A DNA stretch of 64,000 nt from Ptychomitrium polyphyllum (Eukaryota), in contig OZ316775.1 of assembly GCA_973851085.1 (NCBI GenBank), forward strand, positions 18,352,001 through 18,416,000, given 5' to 3'. Under the pieces are notes generated by a model. It was not told the origin of the DNA, searched no databases, and saw only the letters and a program-made list of their open reading frames with translations. This document shows, in pieces, positions 36,050 through 49,807 of the stretch. The translations under genes were made by a program, and so were the position numbers. The first letter of the stretch is position 1. Each line of letters begins with the position of its first letter.

Positions 36050-38885
36050 AATCAAGACTAGAGCGCAAGCATCTGAATCAAGACTGGAATGTGAAGGGCG
36101 ACTAGTCAATACTTCTGCACGAGGTCGTCCTCGACGTTGGGATGTCAATTCTATATTTTAACTTAGACCCTCTATTATCGAGGGCTGAGAAAGTTGAGTT
36201 GGCTCAACAGATGCTATTATTGATGAAGGCATGGCCGACTGCTCTTCACGCATATCCATGATAATACGAAGATTTGACATACTGGCTAGAATCTGGAAAT
36301 GATCTATCTTGGAAATAATGCTGCATACAATTGGACATTTGGATATTTTTCCACCCTTCTTATACTTGTCTATGAAGGAAAAACTTCTCTGTAAAGCTAA
36401 CGGCTACTGATGAAACATCATCAATGACCTGGTTTCTGTAGATATCTTTGATGAAATTCGCATACCTTCTTGGATGCATTTATTACATTTGTTGAAAGTT
36501 CCCATGTTTGATCATTGATGCCATATCCTTACCAATGTATAAAATACTCCACACATCCATTCTTGATGCATGAATCTAAGATTTCTTCCACTTCATATTC
36601 AATTTCATTATTGAATTATAGCGGAGGAAGCGGAGGGACAATTCTCTTTGGTATACATGATTTATTATAGGTTTTAACAGCAATACGTAGAATACTGGAT
36701 GAATTTGCATGCTTGGTGATAGCTTTAGGCGATAACTAACCGAGTTTATCTGTTTGCTGATTTCAAACGGTCCCAGCCTTTGATAGTCCAACTTCTTTGA
36801 TGGTCTTTTTGTCTGTATATTTTGTTGTAGGAGTCGTACGTTATCTCCAACCTTGAACTTTGGATGGTCCTTTCAATGGCGATCTGCATAAGTTTTGTAA
36901 CGATCTTGAGCTTGTTGTAACTGGAAAGTAATTTCTTGATCGATTTTAGCAAGTTGAGTTACAAAATCCTTTGCTGCAGGGCTTCCAATTTGCTTCACTT
37001 GAAATGGATCTGCTCAAAGATAATGGCTATACTTTGCAAAGAATGGACTTTGAATTGTTGAAGAATGCATTGTATTGTTGTAAGCAAACTCTTCCAAAAG
37101 CAAGAAATCCATCCAATTGTCTTGCTGGTAGTTTATGTTACAACAAAGGTACTGCTTCAAAATTTGATTCATACGTTTGGTTTGGCCATCAATTTGCGGA
37201 TGGTGTGCTCAAAACAGATTGATCTTTACATGCAACAGCTGGAATAGAATTCTCCAAAAAGTGGGAATGAACTGCACTCTTTGATTGGATACAATATCAT
37301 CTGGTAGTCTATGTATACGGTAGACGTGATTTAGGAACAACTTGGCAGTTTTTTCTCCTGTTACCGTTTTGTAGCATGGAATGAAATGTGCCATTTTGAT
37401 AAATCGATCCACCATTATCAAAATAAAATCCTTGAAATCGGAATTTGGAAGGTCCGTGATAAAATCCATTGACAAAGACAACCAATGGCCCTGTGGCACT
37501 CGAAGCAGATGGAGGAGACTATGAGGTTGGTGACTATGCAAACCACGATAGTGTATTATTTAATAAAAGATTGGCCACAAAATCCACTTAAATTGTGCCA
37601 TCAAAATAGCGAGATTGATGCAAACTAAGGAAGAGCCTTACTCGTTGAACAAAGCCTCTTAATTTTTATCTTGATCCATCAAACTTGTCTGGCATGCCAA
37701 TTTTTGGCTCTGCATGAGTTTGAGGTAAACCTTCTCTTCTAATAATGGCCTCTCGTAATCAAATAACCTCTTGATATAGGCTTTGAATATTACCATTAGA
37801 TTCTTCAGCTTGCCAAGTGTGTTGCTTCAAATTGTTGGTGGTATTAAAGTGGGCAAGTTCTGTTCGAATTGTATTTAATAACTCTTGAAGGTTTGCAATA
37901 GTTGCAAATCTATTCTCTGAAGTTCCACGCACGTTATCCATTTCTTAAAATCGGCATAGACAGAAAGACTATGAATACCTTCAAAAGAGGGAAATCCACG
38001 TCCTTTGAAAGAAGTAGTACTTGGTTCTAAAAAGATAAACCAATTCTATGGTGCTAGCTTAGAAAAGAGTAATCTGCAACCTCTAACACACACTATGGAA
38101 TCCTCAAGAAGATGGATAATCCACAATCTTTTTCAAAGAACCTTAGCTCTGACAGAAATAAAAAGTAGTCTTGCCAAATTATTAAAGACACAAGAAACAA
38201 GAAACAAAAACGAAGTATTTTCCAAGAATTAACTTCCAAAGAGCTAATGCTTAACAAGAATTTGATACAAAGACTAGAACAAGGCAGGATTCAAGATGAT
38301 CCACAACTTGTGTTGGCAAGACTAAGGAATACCTTGTCTTGCCTCCTATTTATACTATGACGTTTGTATCTCCTAGGATACTTCTAAAGAAGCTTCTTAC
38401 AAGGCTTAAGAATGTTCTGGAAGTCTAGGGAACTTTTCCAAGAAGTTTCCTAAGATGTTGGAACCTTCCTAAAAAGATTCCAAGGAATTGGAACCTTCCT
38501 AAGAATCTTCCAAGGAGTTGGAACCTTCCTTGGAAATTTTTTAAGGTAGCGGAACCTTCTTAGGAAGTTTTTTAAAGAAGTAGGACATTTCTAGGAAGTT
38601 TCTTGAGGTGGTAGAACTTTCCTAGGAAGTTTTTTAAAATGATGGAATCTTCCTAAGAAGTTTTCCAAGGTGATGGAATCTTTGTAGGAATTTTCTTAAG
38701 AAATTACCAAAGATGATAGAACCTTTTTAGGAAGTTTTCTAAAGTAGATGAACTTTCCTAGGAAGCTTCCTAAGAACATGGAAAGGCTATGGAGACATTT
38801 AAATGTGTTCTAAGAAGCTATTATAGGTTACTAGAAGATTTTAGAATGTTCTAAGGACTATTTTGCATGATTTATGTCCATAACA
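36050..38885 (-). mobile_element. Internally deleted Tcn1-like element: 5' LTR 38885-38180, partial gag fused to integrase, chromodomain, 3'UTR
   Basis: LTR TGTTATGGACAT...; PBS-position TTGGCAAGACT at 38177-38167. Gag RFATIANLQELL. Junction at ~37540 to SLSMDFITDLP. RLGPFEI...QIHPVF at ~36700. No 3' LTR seen. Confidence 0.85.
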
Positions 38886-40129
38886 CATATTATCAAAAAT
38901 TTCACTCTTTTTGCCATAGCTTTTGGATCCCCCCTCCTCTTTTTTTATGAATACATAGCTTTTTTTCTACAATAAACCTAGACTTCAAGCTTTTTCACAT
39001 ATTTTCTATTTCACAATAAATACTTCATCAAAATATCAACTTTAAAAGCCATTGCGATCATTTCCAATGGTTCAAAATGTGTAACTTTGAACATTGCAAT
39101 ATAATGCCTTCAAAACCCAGTTATATTTTTCCTTATATTTCCTACTGTAGGAACCCATTACCCTCAAAATTTCTACACCATCATTTTACAATGGTCAAAA
39201 TATTATCTTACAATTTTCATAATCAAAAATCATCTATACAAAAAGTTACAAGCATTCAAAATAGTTGCTCTCAGAAACTCAAGGCAGCTGGCTAAACTTT
39301 ATTCAAATTTGTACCATTGTTACATACTAACTTCAAAAAGTGCTTGTGATGGCTTTTAAAATGTTCATAAGAGGAGAAAAAAAATCCAACAAAAATCAAT
39401 TCAAACTAAGAAATGTACAATGAGCTATTACCAAAGAAAGGCTACCATTTTATTCTAGTGGAAGAGACCAAGAAAAAAAAAAAAGGCGATGGTCAAACCG
39501 CCACATCTGCCTCTTATCTCTCTACATCATCCAATATTTTCCTTTATTAAGCCCTTATTTAACCATATCTTTAAATAAAAAATAATATAAATAATAAACT
39601 TTTATTTTTTTATTTTTATTTTATTTTAATTGAAACTTCTAGGTTTGAATTACAAAAGAAGACAAAATCAACCTTTATAAATTTAAAATAAGAAATAATA
39701 AATTAAAATTAAAAAAAATAAAAAATAAAAAATTGAAGTTTAATAAGAAACGAGTTAAGAATAATATTATTGTCAAGATGGGATCAGACATCAAGTCATG
39801 AATTCTGTTGAATGCATAAGTTTCAACTGCTGAAGCAGTTCGAGTTCAATTCTTGTTGGATTTATTGAGTATAACAACAGCATTTGACTTTGTACTGCTA
39901 GTGAAAATGGTAGGTAGCAAAATACTACAATCAAACGCCCTATTCATCCTGAGTTAAAATAAAATGCAGTTCCTCCTTTAAGACAAATAAATATTCTGGT
40001 TTCACCACAACCTTTTTTAATTCATTTTTTTTTTTTTTTTTTCTATTACTGTTTTCAAATATAATGATTAAAAGTCTATAAAATAAAAAACACTAGTTAA
40101 ATTTGAAATTTTACAACTAAATAAAGAAC

Positions 40130-40958
40130 AACAATGTTTAGTTTGACCATTAGTCTGCAGATGGTGTACTAAAGAAAAGTTCACTTTAATGCACAACAAT
40201 TGGAATAGAGCCATCCAAAAGTTGAAAATGAATTGTGGCCCTCAATCGGATACAATATCATTTGGTAGTCCATGTATGTAATAGAAGTGATTTAGGAACA
40301 ACTTGGCACTTTCTTCTCCCATTACTATCTTTTTGCATAGAGTGAAGTGTGCCATTTTAATAAATAGACCGACAACTATAAACACAAAATCTTTAGAATT
40401 GGAGTTTGGAAGGTCTATAATGAAATCCCTTGATAATGACAACCGTGGACCTTTTGGCATTGGAAGCGGATGGAGGAGACCATGAAGTTGGTGTCTTGGT
40501 CCTTGGCCCTTGCACAAGTGTTGCATGATTGAGCAAAGTCCTTCACATATTTCCACATCTATGGTCACCAATAGTCTACAACAATCAACTCCATTGTTTT
40601 ATTGAATCCAAAATGTCTTGCTGCTGGAAAATCATGACATGCTTAAAAGATCTTCAATTGCAAAGGGCTTGGAGGTAGGTACAAAAGTCCTTTATAATAA
40701 GTAGGTCCTTTTGGAATTTAAAGTCTTCATCTCTATTTAAAAGATCTCCGTTGTGTTTGAGGTGCTTTTTTATATTTGAAGCAAAGACATCATTATTTAA
40801 AGACTTCCAAATTTTGTCAAGATGGGATGTTGTAGTAATAATTGCTGCTTTCAATTGGAGATTTTGTGGCTTTAATAAAGTAGTCCTTTATTGATTCAAA
40901 ACATCATCTCCAAATCGAAGAACTAAATAAGATCTTTGAAATAAGACATCTAGCTTAC
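40130..40958 (-). mobile_element. Inverted Tcn1-like integrase fragment
   Basis: LSRDFIIDLPNS...KMAHF...HGLPNDIVSD. Reverse complement of ~44700-45500. Confidence 0.85.
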
Positions 40959-43900
40959 TCTCACATGTACATATTATACAACATAATTTTAAGAACCTTT
41001 CAATATCTTCCGGTATATTATAATAGCTCCTTTGAATACTTTCCACTATCTTTATAGCCAATTCAACGCTTTGAAGAAATTTCCTAGAAAAATTCCACCA
41101 TCTATAGAAACTTCCATCAATTCAAGAAACTTCCTAAGAAAGTTCCACCACCTCAGAAAAACTTCTTAAGGAGGTTCCAACACCTTAAGAAACTTTCTAA
41201 AAAGGTTCTACCTCTTTAAGAAACTTCCAAGGAAAGTTCCAACCATTTAGAAGCTTCTTAAGAAGGTTCCACCATCTTCAAAAACTTCTGGGAAAAATTC
41301 CACAAACTTCTAGAACATTCTTAAGCCTTGTAGGAAGCTTTTTTGGAAGTATCTTAAGAGATACAAGCGTCATCGTGTAAATAGGAGGGAAAACAAGGTA
41401 TTCCTCGATCTTGCCAATATAAGTTGTGCATCATATTGTAACCTACCTTGTTCTAGTCTTTGTATTAGATTCTTATAAATCATTAGTTTTTTCAAAGCTA
41501 ATTTTTAAAAAACATTTTGTTTCTGCTTCTTGTTTCTTATGTTCCTAAAACCGTGGCAAGACTACTCTTTATTTTTGTCAAAGCTAAGGTTCTTTGAAGA
41601 AGATAGTGGATTATCTATCTTTTTTAGGATTCCATAGTGTCTTAGAGGTTGCGGATTATCCTCTTTTAAGCTAATACCTTGAAGTTGTTTTTCTCTTCTA
41701 AACCCACATACTACTTGTTTTGAAAAATGATCAATCTTTGAAGGTATTCACAATCTTCTTGTCTTTGACAACCTTAAGCACCGGATAACGTGCTTAAAAT
41801 ATCAAAGAATAGGTTTTCAACTATCGCAAACCTTCAAGAATTACTAAACACAATTCAAACAGAATTTGCTTGCTTCAATACCATCAATAATTTAAAGCAG
41901 CAGACTTGGCCAGCTGAAGAATCCAATAATAATATTCAAAGTCTATATCAAGAGATTGTACAATTGCGAGAGGCCAAGATTAGAAGAGAAGGTTTATATC
42001 AAAACCATATAAAGCCAAAGATTAGCATGCCAAATAAGTTTAATGGATCAAGATCAAAATTAAAAGGCTTTGTTCAATAATAAGGTTCTTCTTTAGTTTG
42101 TATCAATCTTCTTATCCTAATAGTACTCATATGGGATTTGTAGCCAGTCTTCTATTAAACAATCCACTATTGTAATTTGCAGCGTTAATGGAGAAGAAGT
42201 CACCATTATTGATTAATTTAGATGCTTTCATGGAAGTGTTGGCATGTACTTTTGGATACACTGACCAGGAGAGGGTGGCTAAAACAAAAATCTAAGGTCT
42301 ACAACAAGGACATCACTCGGCTGCTACATATGCTACACAGTTTCAATAACTAGCTGGCGACCTTGATTGGAATGATAAGACTTTGGTCACATAATTCCAA
42401 TGGAGCTTAAGATAGAATGTGAAGGATTTGCTACTCACAATGCCAAAGGTTGAAACCTTGGACAAATTCATCACTAAAGCAATAGTATGTGACAATAGAC
42501 TATTTGAAAGGCGCCAAGAACAATGCTTGGGATGGCGACCAATACATCAAATTATGACAACCACTTCTTCAAAAGTATTGGAAATTTAACCACAAAGACC
42601 AGAACCTATGCAAATTGATGCTGCTAAATTTAGACGTTTTACTTCCAAAGAAAAAAAAAGAATTGAAGAAGAAACCTATGTTTGTATTGTGGCAAGTCTG
42701 GACATAAAGTGCACAATTGTTAAATCAAAGGATTTGCCTTTAAGACTCAAAGCACAATGCTGAAGTTGGAAAACAAAACTATTGAGTCATAGTAGGAATT
42801 ATGCAACTGGACACCATAAGTAAACAACTATCTAATTAAGGTCTTTTATTACTTCTAAAACATACTTCTTGCTTTACTTTCTATCAAAATTAAATTCTTA
42901 GATGATGAAATAGTTGGTTAAGCTCTTTTGGACACTACTGCAACAGCATGCTTCATAGACAAGGATTTTGCAACAAAATATTACACAATATTTGTGAACA
43001 AAATACATTCCACACCTGTTGAAATTATCAATGGACAATCTTTTACTTTAGGCAATATTATTGAAGAAACTCAACGCTTGGAGGTTGTTTTAGAGGACCA
43101 AGCATCTAAGATTGTCTTCAACATCATTCAATGCCGCACAAATCCTATTGTCCTTAGCCTTCTTTAGTTTGAATTACATAATTTAGACATTGATTGGCGC
43201 TCACGAAGTGTGGTCTCAAGGAAAAGACGTCAAGGTACAAGAAATCTTGGACCATCATATATTGGAGCTAAGGCATTTATGAGGGCGGCAAAGGATAAAT
43301 CAATTTATGCCATCTTTGCCACACCAATGTCCAGCTCTATAGTAGAGACTAATCAAAACATACCTCGTCAATATCAAATTTATAAAGATGTTTTTTAAAA
43401 GAAGAATGCCGATATGTTACCAAAGCATTGGCCTTACGATTGCACCATTGAGTTGCAAGAAGGAGCCCAACCACCTTTTGGACCTATTTATAACTTATCA
43501 CAAACCAAGTTGACTGCCTTGAGAGAATATATTGATGAAAAATTTGGAAAGGATTTCATTCAACATTTTAAATCACCTGCTGGAGCACCCATTCTATTTG
43601 TAAAGAAGAAAGATGGATCATTACATATATGCAAGGATTATCAAGGCCTCAATAAAGTGACAAAGAAGAGTCGCCATCTACTACCATTAATTTCAAGATT
43701 CCTATAACAACTTGGCCATGCAAAGATATTCATCAAGATTGATCTTAGGGGAGCCTATAATTTTGTACGCATTAAAAAAAAAGATGAATGGAAAATAACC
43801 TTTTGATCTAGATATGGCCATTTTGAATACAATGTCATGCCTTTTGGCCTTACTAATGCCTGTGCAGTCTTCTAGCACATGATGAATGATATCTTCCATG

Positions 43901-46900
43901 AACATTTGGACGATTTGGTAGTCATCTACTTGAATGATATTTTGATATATTCAAAGGATGAACAAGACTACATATGTCATGTGCAACTAGTCTAAGAAAG
44001 ACTATGTTAACAAAGATTATATGCCATATTGGAAAAGTGTTTTTTTTATGAATCCTCGGTTTAATATTTAGGCTACATCATCTCTAAAAGAAGAATCTAT
44101 ATGGATGAGAAGAAAATAAGCATTGTCATGGAACGGAGTACGCCAAAATCAAATCAAGTAGTTCAATGCTTCTTGGGATTTGCAAAATTCTATAGGATAT
44201 TCATCAAGGATTATTCCAAGATTGCGGCACCATTAACATGCCTTACAGGGAAGCAAAAGTTCATTTGGAATGAAAAGGCGGAAAAAGAATGTTACAAGGT
44301 CTTAAGAAGTCATTCACGTCGGCTCCAATCTTTATTCATCCAAATCCATCAAAGCCTTTTTATTTTGAAGTAGATGCCTCAAATTTTGAGCTTGACTCAG
44401 TACTCTCATGATATAATGAAAATAGGAGGCTTCACCCTTTTGCCTTTCGTTTAAAGAAGATCTTAGCGGCAAAAATCAACTATGATATACATAATGAAGA
44501 ACTACTTGCAATTGTGAATGCGTTTGAGGAATGGCGACATTTGTTGGAAGGAGCTCTACATACCATTACAATATACACAGACCAAAACAACTTTGAGTAA
44601 TTCATGAGTGTGGGAGTTTTGAATTGCTGTTAAGTAAAGTAAATTATGTTGCTTAATAGATTTAACTTTGTCATTACCTATCAACCTGGTAGCTTATAAG
44701 GTAAGCTAGATTCCTTATCTCAAAGATCTTATTTAGCTCGTCAACCTAGAGATGATGTTTTGGATCAATAAAGGACTACTTTATTAAAGCCACAAAATCT
44801 CCAATTGAAAGCAGCAATTATTACTACAACATCCCATCTTGACAAAATTTGGAAATCTTTAAAGAATGATGTCTTTGCTTCAAATATAAAGAAGCACCTC
44901 AAACACAACGGAGATCCTTCAAATAGAGATGAAGACTTTAAATTCCAAAAGGACCGACTTATTATAAAGGACTTTTGTACCTACCTTTGCAATTGAAGAT
45001 CTTTTAAGCACGTCATGATTTTCCAGCAGCAAGACATTTTGGATTCAATAAAACAATAGAGTTGATTGCTAAAGATTATTGGTGGCCACAAATGTGGAAG
45101 TACGTAAAAGACTTTGTTCGATCATGCGACACTTGTGCAAGAATTGAGGTACCAAGACACCAATCTCATAGTCTCCTCCATCTGCTTCAAATGCCACAGG
45201 GCCATTGGTTGTCTTTGTCAATGGATTTTATCACGGACCTTCCAAATTCCGATTTCAAGGATTTTATTTTGATAATGGTGGATCGATTTATCAAAATGGC
45301 ACATTTCATTCCATGCAACAAAACGGTAACAGGAGAAAAAACTGCCAAGTTGTTCCTAAATCATGTCTACCATATACATAGACTACCAAATGATATTGTA
45401 TCCAATCAAAGACTACAATTCATTCCCACCTTTTAGAGGGCTCTATTCCAGCTATTGCGTGTAAAGATCAATCTGTTTTGAGCACACCATCTGCAAATTG
45501 ATGGTAAAATTGGATGTCTGAAATTTTTTTTGGAGCAGTACCTTTGTTGCAGCATAAACTACCGGCAAGACAATTGGATGGACCTCTTGCCTTTTGCAGA
45601 GTTTGCTTACAACAATACGATGCAATCTTTGATAATTCAAGGTTCATTCTTTGTAAAGTATGGCCATCATCCTCAAGCAGATCCATTTCAAGTGAAGCAT
45701 GTTGGAAGTCTTGCAGCAGAGGATTTTGTAACTCAACTTGCTAAAATCCACCAAGAAATTGCTTTCCAATTACAATAAGCTCAAGATCCTTACAAAACTT
45801 ATGCAGATTGTTATTAGAAGGACCATGCAAAGTTCAAGGATGGAGATAGTATATGGCTCCTACAACCAAACATATAAACAAAAAGACTGTCAAAGAAGCT
45901 GAATTATCAAAGGCTAGGACCGTTTGAAAATCAGCAAACAAATAAATCTGGTCAATTATCGCTTCAAACTACTGCCAACCATTCAAATTCATCTAATGTT
46001 CCACGTATCGTTGTTGGAAACCTAGAACAAGTCATATATACTAGGAAAATTTATTCCTCCGCCTCTTCTACTAAAAACCAATAATGAAATGGAATATGAA
46101 ATAAAAAAGATCTTGGATTTATGCATTAAGAATGGACGTGTGGATTACCTTATACATTGGCAAGGATATGGCATCAATGACCGAACATGGAAACCTTTGA
46201 TGAACGTAACAAATGCATCTGAGAACGTACGCAAATTTCATCAAAGATTTTCTTAGAAACCAAGTCAATGATGACGTATTATCGATAGCCATTAACTTCA
46301 CAGAGAAGTTTTTTCTATAGACAAGTATAAGAAGGGGAGAGAGATATTTAGACTTCCAATTGTATGTAGAATTATTTCCAAGATAGACCATCTCTACATC
46401 CTAGGTAATATGTCAAATCTTTGTGTTATCATGGATGTGCGTGAAGAGCAATTGGTTGTGTCCTTGTAGAACTATTTTTCGGTAGGGTTAAGGAAATCCA
46501 AGGAATAGCTAGTGGGGATTCTTATATGGGGAGAGTCGAATTTAGTTGTAGTCTTGCAATTAAGGTCACAAATAGAAGGTTATAAGACAATGATTTGAAA
46601 TTTGAATAATTCTAGCTTCTTCATTTATTCATTATTTCTTTTAGCAAGAATTAGAAATTACTCCAATTGTTATCTCAATTCTTGTTATTATTGTTTAACT
46701 CAATAATCATAATTTCTCTTGTCTATAGTCTTTACAAAATATATCTCCAAGCATTCAAGGTTTATACACCAAATTACATTCCAATATAATACACTTCCAA
46801 TTTATAATAATACAATATTGTTGTTAAAACAACAACAATTTTCATTACAAAATTATTCAAAAGATCACCACAAACTATGGAGACACACTCTTCTTAATGT

Positions 46901-48098
46901 GTTCAAAAAAAAATGACTTACTTCCTTCTACTTGTATCTCAAAATTCCAATTTATGCCTCTTCATGTTTTATGTCTTTTCGCTTTAGTGTCTTTTCAATT
47001 AATTCTCCAGTTAACTCTAAATGCATTCACATTTATACCAAATTCACAAAATAATATGCATTTAGACTCTATTTATACTTAGTATGAGAAAAAGAGTATG
47101 AAGATAGAAAAAGAAGTGAACTACAGTCCTCTTCAACAACAGCATCTATTGAGCCAAATCAACTTTCTCAGCCTTCAATACTGGAAGATCTAAGCCAAGA
47201 TATGAAACAGACATTCCAACGTCAAGTGTGACCTTGTGCAAAAATATTGGCGAGTTGCCCTTCACATTCTAGTTTTGATTAGATGCTCGAGCTTTAATCA
47301 TCATGTTAGAAACTGGAAGAGTCGTTCCTGGAGGACCAAAGATTCTGTTTGGAGGATATTTGTTAAGAACTTAATTAAGATAAAATCTTGGGTTGAGGTA
47401 TTTCAACAACAGAAGTCTTGGCTGGTGGTCATTGGCGCTTCTTATAAGGATTAGTTGAACCAGTGGACAAAGAACAACGAACAGAATATGTTGCTTTTTT
47501 TTTTTAACAAATTTTGAAATATGTAGAGATGTGATGACCAAGCCACAAGAAGAGCTCCTCATGGAGCTTATTGCTAAAAGAAGAAGTAATGTCACGGACA
47601 TAGATCATGCAATATAGTCTTTAGAACCTTTTAGAACCTTCTCATATCTTATAGTAGTTTCTTAGAATACTTTCAATGTTTCCATAACCATTTCCACATC
47701 TTTAGGAGAATTCTTAGGAAGATTTGACTTCTTTGGAAAACTTCCCAAGAAGGTTCGACCACCTTAAGAAGCTTTCAAAAAAGGTTCCAACCCCTTGGAA
47801 ACTTCTTAGGAAGGTTCTACTATCTTGGAAAATTTCTTGGAAAGATGCCATTGACCTCTAGAACATTCTTAAGCCTTGTAGGAAGCTTCTTTAGAAGTAT
47901 CATAGGAATTGCAATCGTCATGTTATAAATAAGAAAAAAGACAAGGTATTTCTTGATCTTGCCAACACAAGTTGTGAATCATATTGTGTCTTGCCTTGCT
48001 CTAGTCTTTGTATTAGTTTTTATTTAATCATTAGCTCTTAGGAAGCTAAGTCTTGACAAACACTTTGTTTCTGCTATTTGTTTCTAGTGTATTTAATA
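40959..48098 (+). mobile_element. Near full-length degenerate Tcn1-like chromovirus (LTRs ~40959-41550 and 47590-48098)
   Basis: gag (PEPMQID, CLYCGKSGH), PR (LLDT.AT), RT ([26 protein letters not shown]), RH, IN (SMDFITDLP), chromodomain (YLIHWQGYG). Purine tract before TGTCACGG at 47590. Many stops. The LTRs are diverged and no TSD was found. Confidence 0.88.
46465..47125. mobile_element. 661-bp insertion with TG...CA ends and 5-bp TSD GTCCT (probable solo LTR of another family)
   Basis: GTCCT at 46460-46464 and 47126-47130. Ends TGTAG...CTACA. Absent from the homologous 3'UTR at ~36200-36260. Confidence 0.85.
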
Positions 48099-48109
48099 TG
48101 TGCAAAGTT

Positions 48110-48467
48110 TATTAGAACTTAAGAGCTATAACAAGATACAAAGATATGGCCAAAAGGGTTTAGTTAGATCCCAAAAGATGCATTGTGGAGACTGAAGGTT
48201 CTTTTAGGCTCAACTCTTATATATACTAAGACCTCAGGCCTTGGAAGCTTCTTAAGAAGCTTTTAGTATATTGCTTTGTATTCAAACAACCTTGAGTTGC
48301 TTCTTTAGAAGCTTCCTAAATCAAGGTAACTTCCTTAGAAGCTCCCTAAATTGAGGTAATTTCTTTAGAAGCTTTTTAAGGCAAGGTAACTTCTTTGGAA
48401 GCTTCTGTAGCCTTTCTAAATGTTCTAAGAATCTTTTTAGATGCTTCTAATGTATATGTCCATGATA
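48110..48467 (-). mobile_element. Solo LTR of the second Gypsy family
   Basis: Reverse-complement homolog of 19090-19385 with extra internal GAAGCTTC-containing repeats. Confidence 0.7.
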
Positions 48468-49387
48468 GATGTATTGTTGGAGTTTAGTATTTTGGTATGG
48501 TTAAAATTAAGATTCTTGTTTGAATGTAATATGAGCATTCTAACTCACTCTTCAATGAAAATCAAATCATTGTCACTTATGTATTCTTGTGTTTTTTTAT
48601 ACTTTGACTTTGGAAGCAAAGAAATATAAATGTGAACCTGTATATATTTAGTAGTAAAAGAACCAATAAGCTAGCAATTTGCATCAAGTTTTGAATAAAG
48701 CATCATCAATGCATTTCCTTCATACTTAGGTAAGTAATAAAAATTTGTTTAAAATCTTACACATAAGTAGATGCAAAAATGTATTGAAACTTGCGTTAAA
48801 TATTATTACATTAAAGATGTAATGGATGTCATACTTATTTTAAGACGCTTTCAACACTTAAGTAAAGAAGAATTCAACACCAATATCCATCTTTATAATA
48901 AGTCTCTATTAATTTTTTTTGTAAACATTCAATTTCAATGAAAATTTTGGTAGTATTAGGAATGTGACTTATTATTGTATATACAAATATAGCTTGAACT
49001 ACTTTTGCATCCATAATCCACATTTAACTATAGAACAATATTGATGACAATATATTTTTTTCTAAATAAGAAATTAAATGCACTTGTAAAATATAAATTT
49101 AGAAAACGTATAACAAATAGAAGCACTTTTAATCAACAAACTAAGCTTTTGTAAAAGTAAAAAATATGAATTTTTAGAATTCTTTTTGTAAAAAAATTAA
49201 ACATCAACAAATATGTCATTGGAAGCAAAAAATAAGAATAAAATATTTAAAACTGTGAATTCGTTAAGAAGACTTTATTATATAAAGAGGTGTTAATTGC
49301 AATAACCAATGTTAATTTGACCCTTATAAAAGTGCCTTGTGTAATTGAAGTTGTTATGCTTTGATTTGGAAATAGCAATACTTCAAG

Positions 49388-49579
49388 ATGCTTTTGCCTT
49401 ACATAAATCCTCAATGTACACATATGCTTTTGCCTTACATAAATCCTCAATGTACACAATGGATAGCAAGTATAATAATGGATAGCAAGTATAATACTAA
49501 GCTTAAAAAACTTAGAGACTTTTAAGCTTATTTATTTTACAAACAATCATGTAAGCTTATTTATCTTACAAACAATCAT
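49388..49579. repeat. Three adjacent short tandem duplications (periods 36, 19 and 29 bp)
   Basis: ATGCTTTTGCC...TACACA x2; AATGGATAGCAAGTATAAT x2; TAAGCTTATTTAT.TTACAAACAATCAT x2. Confidence 0.9.
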
Positions 49580-49807
49580 ATAGTGCAAGAATGATAGTAA
49601 TAGCTAAAACATAAGATTACATTGCACTTGAACCTCCAATAATAGATTTACAAACATAATAGATGTGTTTGCATTTAAGGAAAATATTTTCTAAAATACA
49701 AACAACTCTTTTGATGAACACGGTTTGTGCACACATTCAAGTCCCTTTACAACGTTATACTACCTAGAAAGAACATACAAACAGGGAAATAGACTCCCTG
49801 GTCAACA

